Of a DNA stretch of 64,000 nucleotides, positions 63,978 to 64,000 are shown in pieces. The stretch spans positions 945,787 through 1,009,786 of the forward strand of contig NMRA01000100.1 in assembly GCA_002633005.1 (NCBI GenBank), in the 5' to 3' direction. The notes under the pieces were generated by a model. That model did no database searches. It worked only from the letters and a program-made list of their open reading frames with translations, and was not told the DNA's origin. Source of the DNA: Phoronis australis. Lineage: Eukaryota; Animalia; Phoronida. Position 1 is the stretch's first letter, and each line of letters opens with the position of its first letter. The position numbers and the translations under genes were made by a program.

Positions 63978-64000
63978 CTGTAGAGAAGCTCTCACTTCAG

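Overview
AT-rich, intron-rich animal genomic DNA (inferred: a heterozygous invertebrate bilaterian; draft assembly with single-N joins at 5780, 21131, 30067, 33684, 36730, 44081, 61168, 62617). There are two convergent multi-exon genes. (1) On +, alpha-actinin (3639-41443; first coding exon lies upstream of the window; about 856 aa reconstructed by hand). Three consecutive exons of its CH2 domain are each present as a tandem pair of equal length and phase (88/88, 79/79, 82/82 nt), the pattern of mutually exclusive exons. Each pair has a branch-point consensus unusually close to the upstream donor (42, 42 and 27 nt). (2) On -, a complete 14-exon gene of about 817 aa (60830-43329) encoding a circularly permuted Ras domain (G3-G4-G5-G1-G2) fused to a C4 zinc finger and a VWA domain (cpRAS/CPRAS1-like). 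Other apparent exon duplications next to N joins look like uncollapsed haplotypes. The introns hold nested non-autonomous DNA transposons: a 7.6-kb foldback-like element, Helentron/HINE-like elements carrying CTCF-like motifs every ~150 bp, and MITEs with 5-bp target-site duplications. All coordinates were counted by eye. Alpha-actinin exon labels 5, 6 and 7 follow vertebrate numbering as I recall it.
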